64,000 nt of DNA from Eledone cirrhosa (GCA_964016885.1 OZ024743.1:225990001-226054000), one strand, 5' to 3'. Positions 30,571 to 43,730 are shown, numbered from the stretch's first letter. The notes: a model not told the origin generated them from the sequence alone. Translations and numbers: made by a program.

Positions 30571-31124
30571 CTATGTTGTCAGCCGAGTCCATCGTGTTGA
30601 TCACCCCGCCGCCTTTATTTAAGAATGAAGGAGAAGCGGTCTTCCTCTGTCTGGTGGCTATGGCGAAAGAGGTAATATGGTGGACGAGGTTAAAAGGACT
30701 GAGGACAAGCACCTTTCTCTCTGGACAACAACTCATCCCCTTCTTTAAGTACCACTTCAGAAGGAAGGTGAGAGTGGAGAGAGAGCGGCTACACCCCAGT
30801 AAATTCGCTGAAAGGTGGGCGAATGTGGCGAAAATAACCCGGGTGAATGGGTCTTCTCTATATAAACCTGCAGGTTGAGGAAGATAAACAAAGGGAAGAC
30901 GGGAACACCTACAAAACGTGTTCCTGGTGTTGAGGGCTGTTCTATCCACGGAGTGTAAAACTACCCCGCAGTAGCGTTACCCCCTCCCCCAATGGGGATT
31001 TCAATTGTTTCATTTTTATATAGTTTATTGTTATTTATCATTGTTAAATATTTTATGTAAAACCCCCGCCGTCACGTCTTGTAATGTCCCATTTTTGTAC
31101 GCCCCTGTGGCAAATAAAGAAAGA

Positions 31125-31125
<1 letters not shown>
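30571..31125 (+). mobile_element. Tx1-clade LINE copy 2, short 3' fragment of another subfamily
   Basis: ORF 30573-30878 aligns to the ORF2 C-terminus (AMAKEVIWWTRLKG); distinct 3' UTR. Confidence 0.88.
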
Positions 31126-31210
<85 letters not shown>

Positions 31211-31371
31211 CACCTATCTATCTATTTGTCTACCTCTCTCTCGTTAGCTTTCTCAATATCTTTCTATTTACCTATCTTTCTATATGTTTTTGATGCTCCC
31301 AGACTTACTTGCTTTTGGCAGCAAAGGACATTGTAAGTCTGGAAACAATTTTCGGTGGTATTATTGATAGA

Positions 31372-31587
31372 AAAAGTGCAGTGGATTGTCAGTATCCGTA
31401 GAGCGTCGGACACATTGCTTGGCAACATAGAGTTACGGCCCTTTATATTCTGATTTCAAATTCCGCCGAGGTTAGCTTTGGATTTTATCCTTACGGGGTC
31501 GATAAAATAAAGTACCAGTAATGCACTGGTATAGATTTAATCGATCCCCACCTCCAAATTGCTGGCCTTGTGACTAAAGGAGAAACA
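31372..31587 (+). mobile_element. SINE family A, full length
   Basis: 12 bp TSD ATTATTGATAGA at 31360-31371 and 31588-31599. Confidence 0.87.
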
Positions 31588-32222
31588 ATTATTGATAGAG
31601 TCACTATGAATAAAAACAGACGTTAATTCAAAATGAGAAAGAAACATTTTTATATTTTGTAAGGTACAAACATTTTGAAGGCACAAACACAAATACTAAA
31701 GCATAGAAATAGGAGAACTGAGTGTCGAATTATAGAAGATATCAATATATAAACAAAGCAAACAGACCAACAGCTAAGATTAACTGAAAGAATAGGAGAT
31801 TTTAAGGGTGTGAGGTCACATGAAACCAAGATATAGAGTATTAGTGTATCTAAGCGAGCTATTTTATCACCGAGAGTGTACAAAATCTCAACATGTTGTC
31901 AGTGTCACGACTTTAAGTCTATGTAAATTAAATAAATTATAATAAACGCTACTTCTCCGAATTGAGATACACGACTGAAGCTAAACATATTTCGTCATAT
32001 ATATCTATCTATCTATCTTGATAGAGTAAGACACGCTTCACATCGGCTCCGCTATTCCATCAAGATTTACCCTTACTATAGTAAGTACCGGATAAATTTT
32101 TCAGTGCAACACATTTGGAACACTAACCCCTGTTATTTAGGGAAACATTTTTGCATTTACCCCCTTTTTAGGGGGTAAAATAAATATCTATTTTTTTGCC
32201 GAAAAATTTCTTTCTTGGCAGC

Positions 32223-34060
32223 ATGGCGGAAAAGATGGCAGACATGTCTGCCATTAGCTCTGCCACACCCCCAAGTCTGAAGAACAAAAAATAATTACAA
32301 CAAAATTAGACAACGAAACAAACAAGGAAAATGAAAAAACAAATGTTAAGGAAAATGAGCAAACGGAAAACAAACAAACAGAAAATAATACAAATAACAA
32401 CAGAGCAACTTTCGCCCAGAAAACAAAACAATCCATAACATACACACCAATTGACTTAACTGCCGCCAGAGAAAAACTGGCCGAAGCGAAAAAACAAATA
32501 GTCTTGGGGGAGAACGGAATGTTTTCCATTAACTCCCCCCCCCAGAATTCAAGAAAGCCAGAACAGAGAGCACAGTTCTCTTCAGAACTATACTGAACCA
32601 CACAAGAAAGCCAGCACAGCCCAGCCAAATGGAAATAGAGTTGGTCCTAAAAGACTATATGAAGAATATTCTCTTCATACGAAAGGACCGACTCTATGGC
32701 AGCATTTCGGTCTTAACAAAAGACAAGGAAACGGCGGAGAAGCTTTCCCTAAGCCCACTCACATCGACAACCTACAGCTTCTATCCCTCCTACATGGGTA
32801 GAAGAACACAGAGAGTAAAAGTAAAAACAATGCTGCCCACAATGGACTTCTGGTGGGCTATTGCTGGCTTCATAGACATGGGCGAAGACACAATGCTGTC
32901 AATGGGGAAGGCAACTGGAGATGCGTTCCTGGGAATGGGCCTCGACATACTAGTCCAAATGAGGCCCGAAAGAATAGCACAAATCCCGGATCGCATCTGG
33001 CTGGATGACCTTACCCCAATAGATATAATTGTAGAGGGGAGAAGACCAGCATGCTATTTATGCATCGAAAGGGGACACGTTAAGGCTAACTGCCCGAAAC
33101 GTATCCCCCCAAAAGGACTATTGCCCACACCCACCACAAACAGTACACCAACACCACCCACTTCCAAAAATACACTAATACCACATACAGCAAACAAAAT
33201 ACAGACACCACCAACCACAAACACAACACAAACATCACCACCACCAGCACCAAACACAAGCACGACACAATCACCACCACCAACCACAACACAAACATCA
33301 CCACCACCATCACCAACCACAAGCACGACACAAACATTACCACCACCACCACCACCACAAAACCCATTCCAAACAAATAATAAAAAAAACAGTAACAAAT
33401 CTACCCCTCCCGCAAAAAAAAAACAACCACACAACACGTCCCTCCCACCTAGCGCTGAAGAGTTTCCCCCAACTTCTGAAGAAGAAGGAGGAGAAGCCTT
33501 CAGACAAGTTAAAAGAAAAAAAAGAAAACACACACCCAGCACACAACAAATAACCCACACACAAACACCAACTCCAATCAAAAACACCCCACCCTCAACA
33601 AACAAAAATAAATCTGCGCCTCCCCTCTCCGAAACATTGACAGCATCACAAAAAAAGACGTTGCAATACACATATATAAATAAAGAAAACAAAAAACTGG
33701 TTAAATTAATAAACAATAACCCTATGGTGCAGACCGAAGGGCCAAACTTTATCTCAACAGAGAACTTCACCCATTTAAAAATGATAAAGGTCCCTCTGGA
33801 CCTTTATCGTTCCTTAAAAGAACAATTTAGACGGGACGTGAGCCCCCCCCTGTTTAAAACCGTTAAATCGCGTCCTCTTGAAAGATTTCCCCATAACCGC
33901 CCCTCTCCCTGACACAACTCCAAATACCCTAACCCCACCGCACACGGGTACCCCCACACCACCACAAAACATCCCTCCACCCAACACACCTGATGCCATG
34001 GAAATTACACAACCCGGAGAGGTAGGTGCTTTTCTTTCTTCACTTTCAACACCAAAATAG
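32223..34060 (+). pseudogene. Tx1 ORF1 (gag-like, zinc knuckle), frameshifted
   Basis: CYLCIERGHVKANC (CX2CX4HX4C) followed by a Pro/Thr-rich tract; main open segment 32629-33912. Confidence 0.8.
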
Positions 34061-34065
34061 ATCAA

Positions 34066-37000
34066 TTGAGAGTTGGCTGTTTGAACGCGCGTGGCCTGGG
34101 CTCAGCTTGGAAGCAAGCAAAGCTTCTAAATGACCTCAGGTCACAAAGTATAGATGTGATGGTTGTTTGCGAGAGTCGGATCAGCAGCGTGAGACAGCTG
34201 GCGCCCGCCTTCGATGACTTTGAGATGCACGCATCTCTCTGTCAACCCGGAGGCGGGGGGGGGGGGAGTTGCCGTACTGCTGGATAAACGTCTGGCTCTC
34301 GACGTACAGATTGTTCACTTGGACCCGCGGGGTCGATTACTGGTGCTGGACGTCGGAGGCGGTGAAGGCGGGGCTTTCAGACTGGTCGGTCTTTATGCCC
34401 CCTTCGGGGCTGAAAGAGCCGACTTCTTCCAGCGTCTGGAGACTTTTCTAGGAACGTCGCGTTCCCTGCTTTTAGTGGGGGACTGGAATGGAATCCTAGA
34501 TGCGCGTTGGGACTATGCAGGGGCATGTCCCGATAGAGGGGGGTGTAGCAGCCTCAAGGGGTTACTCGATCGATTCGACCTGGTCGATAGATTTCGACTA
34601 GATTGTCCAACTGCGCCAACCTGGACCTGGGCAAACCGCAGTGGACAATCTAGATCGTACCTAGATAGGTTTTTGGTTAGGAGTAAGGATAGGGACGTAT
34701 TTAGTTGTCCAGAATTGATCATGGTTGGCTATTCAGATCACAAATTAGTGACCTGCGTGGTCAACCTTGATAGAACGCATAGACAGGGTCCCGGTTACTG
34801 GAAGATGAACTTGTCCTTGCCGGCAAAGAAAGATTACAGGAACCGGATTAGTAGCTTAGTTAAGATGCGGTTGACGGGAGCGATCGTCAACAGTAGGTGG
34901 TGGGTATCTCTAAAGAGAGAGATTAGAGTAAGTTCGATAGGTTACAGTAAGGAACTAGCGGCGAATAGAAATAGGAAGGAAAGGGAGTTAACAGATAAAC
35001 TAGAAGAGGCGATTAGGAGCGGAGACGTAGCCAGAGTGTTAGCGGTGAGAACGGCGTTGAGCCAGTTCTTTGACGCGAAGCACGAAGGCTGCGTTGTCCG
35101 AAGTAAAATACGTGCTTTAGGAAACTAGGGGACCAAAGCTGTTAGCTGGGCCCGCGTGACAGAAGCCAAGAGTGGGATTAAATCCACCATTCGGTCTTTG
35201 CGAGACCAGGATGGACGGGTGATCCTTGAACCTGAGCGGATATGCGAGGCCTTTCAAAGGCACTTTGCTCGACTGTTCGGAGGGGGCGGGGGGCCGGACG
35301 GGGATGTGGACTTCGGTCCATACCTCGACGGTCTACCGCGTCTTTTGAGCGGCGAAGCGGAGTGCTGCGAAAGGCCAATCACAGCCACTGAAATCGGGGA
35401 AGCGCTCAGCCAATGCAGCAGACGCAAATCCCCGGGTCTCGATGGTCTACCATACGAACTTTATTTAGCTATGCCGGTCTTGTTCTCCGAACTCCTCGAG
35501 GCTGTCTATTGCAACTGGCAACAGAACGGGAGAATTCCCTGTTCTGTGACCAAGGGCGTGGTCACGCTAGTGAGGAAGGACGAGAGCAAGGGGGACGACT
35601 TAAGTAACTTTAGGCCCATAACTCTGCTGAATGCAGAGTTACAGATTTTTGCCAAGGTGTTAGCGAAGAGGTTGGCGCTTGTGGTGGGTGGTTTGGTGGG
35701 AGACGCGCAGACATGCGCTATCCCGTCCAGGTCCATTCACGACAACCTCCACCTCATGCGATACATCATAGAGAGGGTTGGCAACGAATCCGGCTTTGGT
35801 GGGGCCCTGATCAACTTGGATCAATCTAAGGCGTTCGATAGGGTGGACCATGGTTACCCCGATGCGGCGCTAGCGGCGGCGGGCTTCGGACCCGTTTTCA
35901 CGGGCTGGATTTCTGCCATGCACAGTGGCAACATCTACTCTAGGATTAAAGTAAACGGCTACCTCTCGGAGCCGTTTCAAATCACCCTGTCCATCAGACA
36001 GGGGTGCCCCCTCTCCTCCCTTCTCTACGTATTGACTCTCGAGCCACTGCTGCGGAAGTTGGAGTTGCTGCGGGGCATACCCCTGGAACCGGGATTGCAC
36101 AAAGCGGTCTCGGCCTATGCCGACGACGTAACAGTAATGGTGGCGGACGCCTCGGAAATCGGGGCGATCGCCACCCTACTGGAGGAATACGAAAGGCTGA
36201 CGGGGGCTAGGCTGAACCAGGACAAGTCAGTCGGTTTGCAACACGGAACGTGGAGAGGCAAACCGATGCCGTTAGACGGTGTCGTCGGGCGGTGGACGGA
36301 GGGCCCGGTGAAGCTGCTCGGGGTCTGGTTCGGACCGGACCTTCAGGTGGAGAAGAATTGGGGCGAGGTGACGAGCAGGGTGTTTGCGCTGACCCAGAAG
36401 TGGGCCAAGTGAAAACTATCACTGAAAGGTTGGGCGGAGGTGACGAACGCTTACATAGCGTCCGTCATCTACTACCGCCTGACCGTCGTGCCTTGCCCCA
36501 AGGAAAAGCTCACCATCATGGAACGCATGCTCTTCCAGTTCCTCTGGAAGAAGCGGCCTCCCATGGTGAGGAGATCCATCTGCTGCCAGCACCCTTCGAA
36601 AGGAGGGCTGGGTATGCCGTGGCTGTTGATGCGTAGGCACGCATTGAGGCTACGGCATCTACAGGTATTCCTCAACGGTCAGCCGGTGTGGGCCCCGTTT
36701 GTGAGGCGAGCCTTCCCACAGCTCGTCTCGCTCACCGAACTGCAATCCTGGGTGAAGCAAAGACCGAGAAAACTGGGCAACTGGCACACCGAGTGTGCCC
36801 AGGCGCTCACGGCTATCTGGCAAGCGGACCCGACTATCAGTGGAGAATCCACCTCGACATTCTATAGAGGGTTGGTGGCTAGCAAGGGCGACGACACCCT
36901 TGGAGATTCGCTAGGCATGGAGGAAGACGAACTGGCCAGCCTGTTCGGTAGAACTTTCGGCCCGGGACCCATGGACAACTTCCAGAGGTCCCTAGCCTGG

Positions 37001-37498
37001 CAGCGTTACCGGGGGGCTCTGCCCGTTCGAGAAAAGCTCTACAGACACGGGCGCCCGGGCAGGGATCCCGCGAAAAAGATCTGTCCCAGATGCGTGCGCG
37101 ACGAGGAAACCGTTGCGCATGCACTGGTACACTGCCCGGGCGTTGCCGATCTGTGGGGCTACGTCGAACGACTGCTGTCGCGTGTGGCGCCGATTCGATT
37201 AACCGCCGAGTCTGTGGTGAACATCAAGCCGCCTCCTCCCTTCAGAAATGAAGCAGAGGCGGTCTTTCTGTGCGTAATAGCCATGATGAAAGAGGTTGTG
37301 TGGTGGACGCGCCTGAAAGGCCTGAGGTCGGGTGACTTTCTCTCCGGCCATCACCTGGTTTACTTCTTCCGATACCACTTCGGAAGAAGGATCAGGATGG
37401 AGAGAGAAGTGCTTGGCCCCAGAGAGTTTTATGAAAGGTGGGTGAAAGAAGCGAGAATGGCCCGTGTAAATGGGCCTTCTCTCTACATTGTTCTGTAG
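34066..37498 (+). pseudogene. Tx1 ORF2 (APE endonuclease + reverse transcriptase)
   Basis: LNARGL, GDWN, SYLDR, YSDH (APE); RQGCPLS, YADD (RT); one frameshift in the G-run at ~34260 and stops at 35126 and 36410. Confidence 0.93.
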
Positions 37499-37805
37499 GT
37501 GAAGAAGTGAAGAGGAAAGGGGGAGCGCCTCCTCTCTGGGCTTCCCCCGCGAAAAGAGTTGCACACTTTTCGGGGGTATGTGCAATCCCCAACACGCCCC
37601 CTCCCTTTTGAGGACTTTTTATTGTTATATTATTATTGTTATTCCTTTTTCTTTACTCGATTTATGTAAACTCCCCCACTGTGTAAATGTCCCCTTCTTT
37701 TGTGCCCTCGTGGCAAATAAATAGAAATCTATCTATCTATCTATCTATCTAAAAAAATAATAATAATAAAAAAAAAAAAAAAAATAAAAAGAAAATTATC
37801 TATCT

Positions 37806-39870
37806 ATGATTAGGGTCCCTACGGACACCTATAAGTCTTTAAAGAAAAACTTTCCTAAGGACGTGGGTAATCCTTGTGTTAAACCCATTAACCGCGTCCT
37901 TTTAAAAAGTTTCCCCACCCTCACCACAGACACCCCCACCCCACCAAACATCTCCGTCCCCACCGCGCCGGAAACCACCACCCACCCAGACAACTCTTCT
38001 AACACCCCCATGGAAACCGTGCGGCCTGATCACCGGGAGACGAAGAGGTGAGTGTTTTCTTCTCCTCTTTTAACTTTTCAGAACCAACATGGCCAATATA
38101 AGAGTTGGGTGTGTGAATGTACGCGGCCTGGGGGATGCCCTGGAAACAGGGCAAACTCTTAAACGACCTCAGGTCGCACAGTATGGATGTAGTAGCCATT
38201 TGCGAGTCCAGGATCCACAGCGAGCGACAGCTGGCACCCATCTTCTATGACTTTGAGATCTACGCATCTCTCTGTCAGTCGGGGAGTGGGGGCGGGGTTG
38301 CCGTTTTGCTGCGGAAACACCTGGGCCTCGTAACACAGACGGTACATCTGGACCCGGAGGGTCGACTGGTAGTCCTAGACGTTGACGGTAGTGAAGGTGG
38401 AGCCTTCAGGCTGGTGGCCGCATATGCCCCATCCGGGACACCGCGGCCAGATTTCTTCAAACGTCTAGAGACTTTTCTGGGAACGTCCCGCTCCTTACTT
38501 GTAGTGGGGGACTGGAATGGAATTCTAGATGCACGTTGGGACTATGTGGGAGCATGTCCTGATAAAGGGGGGTGTAACATCCTCAAACAGTTAATCGGCC
38601 GATTTGACCTGGCCGATAGATATCGACTAGATTTTCCGACTGTGCCAATGTGTACGTGGACTAATCGTAGCGGAACATCTAGATCGTACCTAGATAGGGT
38701 TCTAGTTAGAAATAAGGATAGGGACATGTTAAGCTGTCCACAAATGTTCATGTTTGCCTATTCAGATCACAAAGTAGTGACCTGCATGGTCAACCTTGAT
38801 AGAACCCATAGACAAGGTCCCGGCTACTGGAAGCTGAACTTGTCGTTCGCGAGGCGAGCCTTCCCACTACTCGTCTTGCTGACCGAGCTGCAGTCCTGGG
38901 TCAAGCAAAGACCGAGGAAAATGGGCGACTGGCACATCGAATGTGCTCAGGAGCTCACAGCCCTCTGGCAGGCGGACCCGGCGATGAGTGGAGACTCCAC
39001 TTCGTCATTCTATAGAGGGTTGATCCGCAGCAAGTGCGACGACGTGCTCGGTGAAACTCTGGGCGTAGAGGAAGAAGAACTGGCCAGTCTGTTAGGTAGG
39101 ACCTTCCACCCGGGACCGATGGACATCTTCCAAAAGTCTCTGGCCTGGCAGTGCTACCGAGGAGCTCTACCAGTTCGAGACAAGCTCTACAGACATGGGC
39201 GCCCGGGCAGGGACCTTGCAAAAAAGATCTGTCCGAGGTGCGTGCGAGACGAAGAAACCGTCGCGCACGCATTCATACACTGCCCGGGCGTCACTGACAT
39301 GTGGGGCTATGTGGAACGACTATTGTCGCGGGTGGGACCAATCCAGTTGACCACCGAGTCCATTGTCATGATCAAACCGCCACTCTCCTTCAAAAACGAA
39401 GGAGGGGCGGTTTTCATTTGTGTGATAGCTATGGCGAAAGAGGTTGTATGGCGGACAGGGTTGAAATGGCTCAGGTCAAACACCTTTCTCTCCGGCCAAC
39501 AACTGATTCTTTTTTTCAAATACCACTTTGGAAGAAGAATCAGGATGGAGAGAGAGGTACTGTACCCCAGCAAGTTTTATGAAAGGTGGGTGAAAGTGGC
39601 GAGAATGGCCCGAGTGAATGGGCCTTCTCTCTATATCAGCCTGTAGGTTGAGGAAAAAGAGGAAGAGAGGAGAGGGGTACTCACTCTTCGTACTCCTGGA
39701 GATGAGGGTTGCACATTTTTTCGGGGGTATGTGTTACCCATATGTAATGTCTCCCCCTATTGGAAAAAATCGATTTTTTTTAAAATTGCATTTGTGATAG
39801 TATTTTGCACGTTTTTATTGTATGTAAACTTCCCCCTGCTTTTGTGCTCCTATGGCTAATAAAGAAACAT
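37806..39870 (+). mobile_element. Tx1-clade LINE copy 4, internally deleted (ORF1 end + APE fused to C-terminal domain, no RT)
   Basis: ORF 38117-39646 jumps from GPGYWKLNLS straight to FARRAFP; ATG at 38089 with a +1 slip in a G-run. Confidence 0.9.
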
Positions 39871-40395
39871 ATCCATCTATCTATATATATGTATAACATT
39901 CACTTTCATCCTGACGTCACTAGCCCCGTTTTTCCTCATGTGCTTTTTCATAATTACACATGATGGCGAACTAGCCAGTTTTAGAATTTCCTTTTTCGGA
40001 TTATAATACTGTGAGAGCCCTGGTTTCTGTTGAGCTCTGCTGACGATTGAAATCCAACCGTGACCATCTCCACTGAAAGTTTTCATGAAATAGTCTTTTA
40101 AGACTATACAGAGCATTTGATGTTATTCCAAATTGAAGGATAAGTGTTTTAAACTTTATTTTATCATGAGTTAAAGGTCTATTGATTTTTCCATGGATTT
40201 CACTAAATTCTGTGGATGAATTTATATCCTGATTCTCTTTTGAGATGAGTTTGAATTATTTTTCCTAAATCTTACGTTAACTACTTTTCCCATCTTGACG
40301 TTATATTCGCATATATGTTATAGAATACTATTAGCTTCTCGCTAAAACAATCTCTATACCTCTCATTTATATATATGTATATATATATATATATA

Positions 40396-40980
40396 GTGGC
40401 TGCCAACTCGTTTTCGAGTACGGCCACTACTTTATATCCATGTAGGAGAACCCCTACCGATGTGCTAAACGAGTGTGACTTTTTAGTCCAGCCAGCGACT
40501 TGAAAACTCTGGTACAAACACTACACTTGTGACAATTATTGACACATAGTGCTGGGCCCATGGTACCATGTAACGACAAGTGCAGAGAGATCTCCAGATA
40601 TAAAGCAATGTCTGTGCCGTGAATCTTTTATAGTGAGCAAAGGCACTGCACAAAGCCAGTCCCACTCTCTTAACCAAGATGATATTTACCAAAAAGAAGA
40701 ACAAATCAACATCATTGGATACCATCAGGGTTGCAGGTGTTATATCAGAGTTTTCCTTCTCCTAGAATTCTGCCTTGACAAAGGCTAAGGGATCATCTCT
40801 CCCGGTGATTTTGGATGGCCATTGACTCTTAAAAGCTCCTTTGCCCTTTGACAGGTTTTGTTTTTAGTCCTGCAGGATGTCCAAAGTCACCCTCCTCTCC
40901 AAGAAACCTTGGTGGAGTTGCCAGTTTAGTCGCCAACGACCCGACCATGGGACAGGTTGTACTGGAATACATGTTACCAT
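40396..40980 (-). mobile_element. Bipartite non-autonomous RTE-like element, copy 1
   Basis: Minus strand encodes CSVCTRVFKSLAGLKSHTRLAHR* (C2H2-like, RTE-type C-terminus) and a terminal stem-loop GTGGC..ACTCGAAAACGAGT..GCCAC; the upstream part has CTAGGAGAAGGAAAACTCTGAT, recalled as an RTE 5' UTR motif. Confidence 0.6.
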
Positions 40981-41034
40981 ATATATATATACATGCCTAC
41001 ATACATACATACATACAAACATACATACATACAT

Positions 41035-41641
41035 GGTAGCTGCAAACTCGTTTTCGAGTACGGCCACTACTTTATATCCATGTAGGAGAACCCCTACCGA
41101 TGCGCTGAACGAGTGTGACTTTTTAGTCCAGCCAGCGACTTGAAAACTCTGGTACAAACACTACACTTGTGACAATTATTGACCCATAGTGCTGGGCCCA
41201 TGGTACCATGTGACGACAAGTGCAGAGAGATCTCCAGATATAAAGCAATGACTGTGCCGTGAAGCTTTTATAGTGATCAAAGGCACTGCACAAAGCCAGT
41301 CCCACTCTCTTAACCAAGATGATATTTACCTAAAAGAAGAACAAGTCAACATCATTGGATACCATCAGGGTTGCAGGTGTAATATCAGAGTTTTCCTTCT
41401 CCTAGAATTCTGCCTTGACAAAGGCTAAGGGGTCATCTCTCCCGGTGATTTTGGATGGCCATTGACTCTTAAGAGCTCCTTTGCCCTTTGACAGGTTTTG
41501 TTTTTAGTCCTGCAGGATGTCCAAAGTCACCCTCCTCACCAAGAAACCTTGGTGGGTTGCCAGTTTAGTCGCCAACGACCCGACCATGAGACAGGTTGTA
41601 CTGGGATACATGTTACCAGTAGCACCAACTGGTGACCTGAC
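41035..41641 (-). mobile_element. Bipartite non-autonomous RTE-like element, copy 2
   Basis: Near-identical direct repeat of 40396-40980 with ~20 extra bp at its 5' end. Confidence 0.6.
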
Positions 41642-41694
41642 ATATATATATATATATATATACATACATACATACATATATATATATAAATGTA

Positions 41695-42310
41695 TATATA
41701 GTGTATTTTGCAATATAGTGTATGCTTAATTAAAAGCATTTCGAAGACCTTAGGCTATTGTTTTAAAGTAGTGACAGTCTCACTTACTTTAAATTTTCAG
41801 CAAATAGGGGAGATAAAGCTGACAGAGTTCTGTCTCGTACTTTTTGGTACTTATCAAAGCTAAGTACTCCACCTGTTTGCTGAAAATCATGAATGTTTTA
41901 TTGTTATAGAATTCTAGTAATAATCAGGAACTGATTATACAGAGCGGTTGACGGTCAAGCAGAAATTGAAAATTAGAATTGGTGCTCTGAAATAACGATA
42001 TATATATGCAACCGCTCTGTATAATCAGTTCCTGATTATTACTAGAATTCTATAAGAATCAAACATTCATGATTTTCAACAAACGGGTGGAGTACTTAGC
42101 CTTGATAAGTACCAAAAAGTACGAAACAGAGCTCTGTCAGCTTTATCTCCCCCGTTTGCTGAAAATTTAAAGTAAGTGAGACTGCCACTACTCTAAAACA
42201 ATAGCGTAAGGTCTTCAAAATGCTTTTAATTAAGCATACAGTGTATTGCAAACTACAAAATACACTATATATACATTCATATATATATCGCTATTTCAGA
42301 GCACCAATTC

Positions 42311-42320
<10 letters not shown>
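41695..42320. mobile_element. Inverted PLE pLTR pair with degenerate hammerhead
   Basis: 41695-41950 inverted versus 42010-42270, and 41968-42005 versus 42282-42318. AGCC-TTGATAA-GTAC..GTAC-GAAA-CAGAGCTCTG-TC-AGCT at 42098-42142. Confidence 0.72.
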
Positions 42321-42406
<86 letters not shown>

Positions 42407-42454
42407 AGTATATATGTAAGTATGTATGTAAGTATATATGTAAGTATGTATGTA

Positions 42455-42496
42455 AGTGCCATACTAAGAGTGAGAAATGAAATTTCGTTTCATTCT

Positions 42497-42500
<4 letters not shown>
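42455..42500 (+). mobile_element. Fragment of the 13445-14015 family
   Basis: AGTGCCATACTAAGAGTGAGAAATGAAATTTCGTTTCATTCTATTC followed by (TA)n. Confidence 0.75.
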
Positions 42501-42534
<34 letters not shown>

Positions 42535-42692
42535 CCAGTGCAATATTAAATGGACTAAGCAAGATATTTAATCACTGAGCGTGTAGAACGACTCGACAGG
42601 TAGTAAGCGCTATGATATATGCCTATGTGAATTAAACAGACATTACAATTACCCGTGCTTATGTGTTTTACATATTCAAACAGAGACACCCA

Positions 42693-42820
<128 letters not shown>

Positions 42821-43479
42821 CGTGTGTGTAAGTTTTAGATATTTCCGATTATTGTGTATAGTTTCCAGAATATATATATATAATCACTACATTCAAACAC
42901 TGATTGAAGTAGACACGCTCCAAGTGATGCTTTTACAAAGATTCATATACTAAACGAGCTGGAGGTGACAATGAAGGAATTAATAAAAATCAATTTAGCA
43001 GTGCATAATATAATTATGTTCTCACAGTGCTCAAAATCTGCGATTACTCAGTGAAACTGCAGTCGAGACATCAAAGTAAATAAGTGAAATTTTTTTGTTA
43101 TCTTCTTTACTTTTCCCCAAATATAATTCTATTATACTCTGATGAATTGATTTTTATTAATTCCTTCATTGAGCAAAACTGGTATTGGTTGGACTCCCTC
43201 GTATGTCTGTCTATACTTGAGTAGTCGATAGAAACCGTTGAGTGTTAAAAGCTGACCATGTCCAATTGAACCTCTCAAAGGCGATGACGCAGGACTTAGA
43301 TCTCTGGTATTACGCAGTAATACAGAAGACCCGACTTCTCACGGACACAGACCGAAGTTGAAGCATATGTAGAGTATTCACCGCCCCACCCACTCCCATA
43401 CATCTCCCACGAGGACAAGCTGAAGTATACATCAAGTGAAGGCTCCAGCCCACACTGTAAAGTTGTCGTGATGGCAACA

Positions 43480-43730
43480 CGGCAAAAAGCACTCAGTCCA
43501 TAATGTAAAATGGTCGTGTAGGAGTCACGACAAAAAGCACCCAGTACTCACTTTAAATAAGGTGGGCGCTAGGAAGGGCATCCAGCTGTAGAAACCAAGC
43601 CAAATTCAGTTCTGTATGAGCATGATATAGTCATCTGACCTGGCATTGCTCACAACAGGATAACTCGTCTAACCCAAGGCACAGTGGGAAAATGGACGTT
43701 AAACAGTGATAATGATGATGATGATGAGGA
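43480..43730 (+). mobile_element. SINE 3' portion with RTE-type (GAT)n tail
   Basis: AGGAAGGGCATCCAGCTGTAGAAACC ... GGGAAAATGGACGTTAAA..(GAT)n; the tail resembles the RTE end at 50300-50345. Confidence 0.6.

Larger units (their letters stand above)
32020..37728 (+). mobile_element. Tx1-clade LINE copy 3, apparently full length
   Basis: 5' UTR, ORF1, ORF2 (APE-RT-C-terminal zinc motif), and a 3' UTR ending AATAAA then (ATCT)n; (TATC) repeats at the 5' flank. Confidence 0.92.

Noticed and set aside
39885-40375. Possible decayed coding fragment between the Tx1 and RTE elements
   Set aside because: No recognisable motif in the frames read.
43135-43245. Possible hammerhead (CTGATGA...GAAA) next to a 27 bp inverted repeat with 42968-42996
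   Set aside because: Stems II and III and the cleavage triplet cannot be formed convincingly; at most a decayed pLTR.
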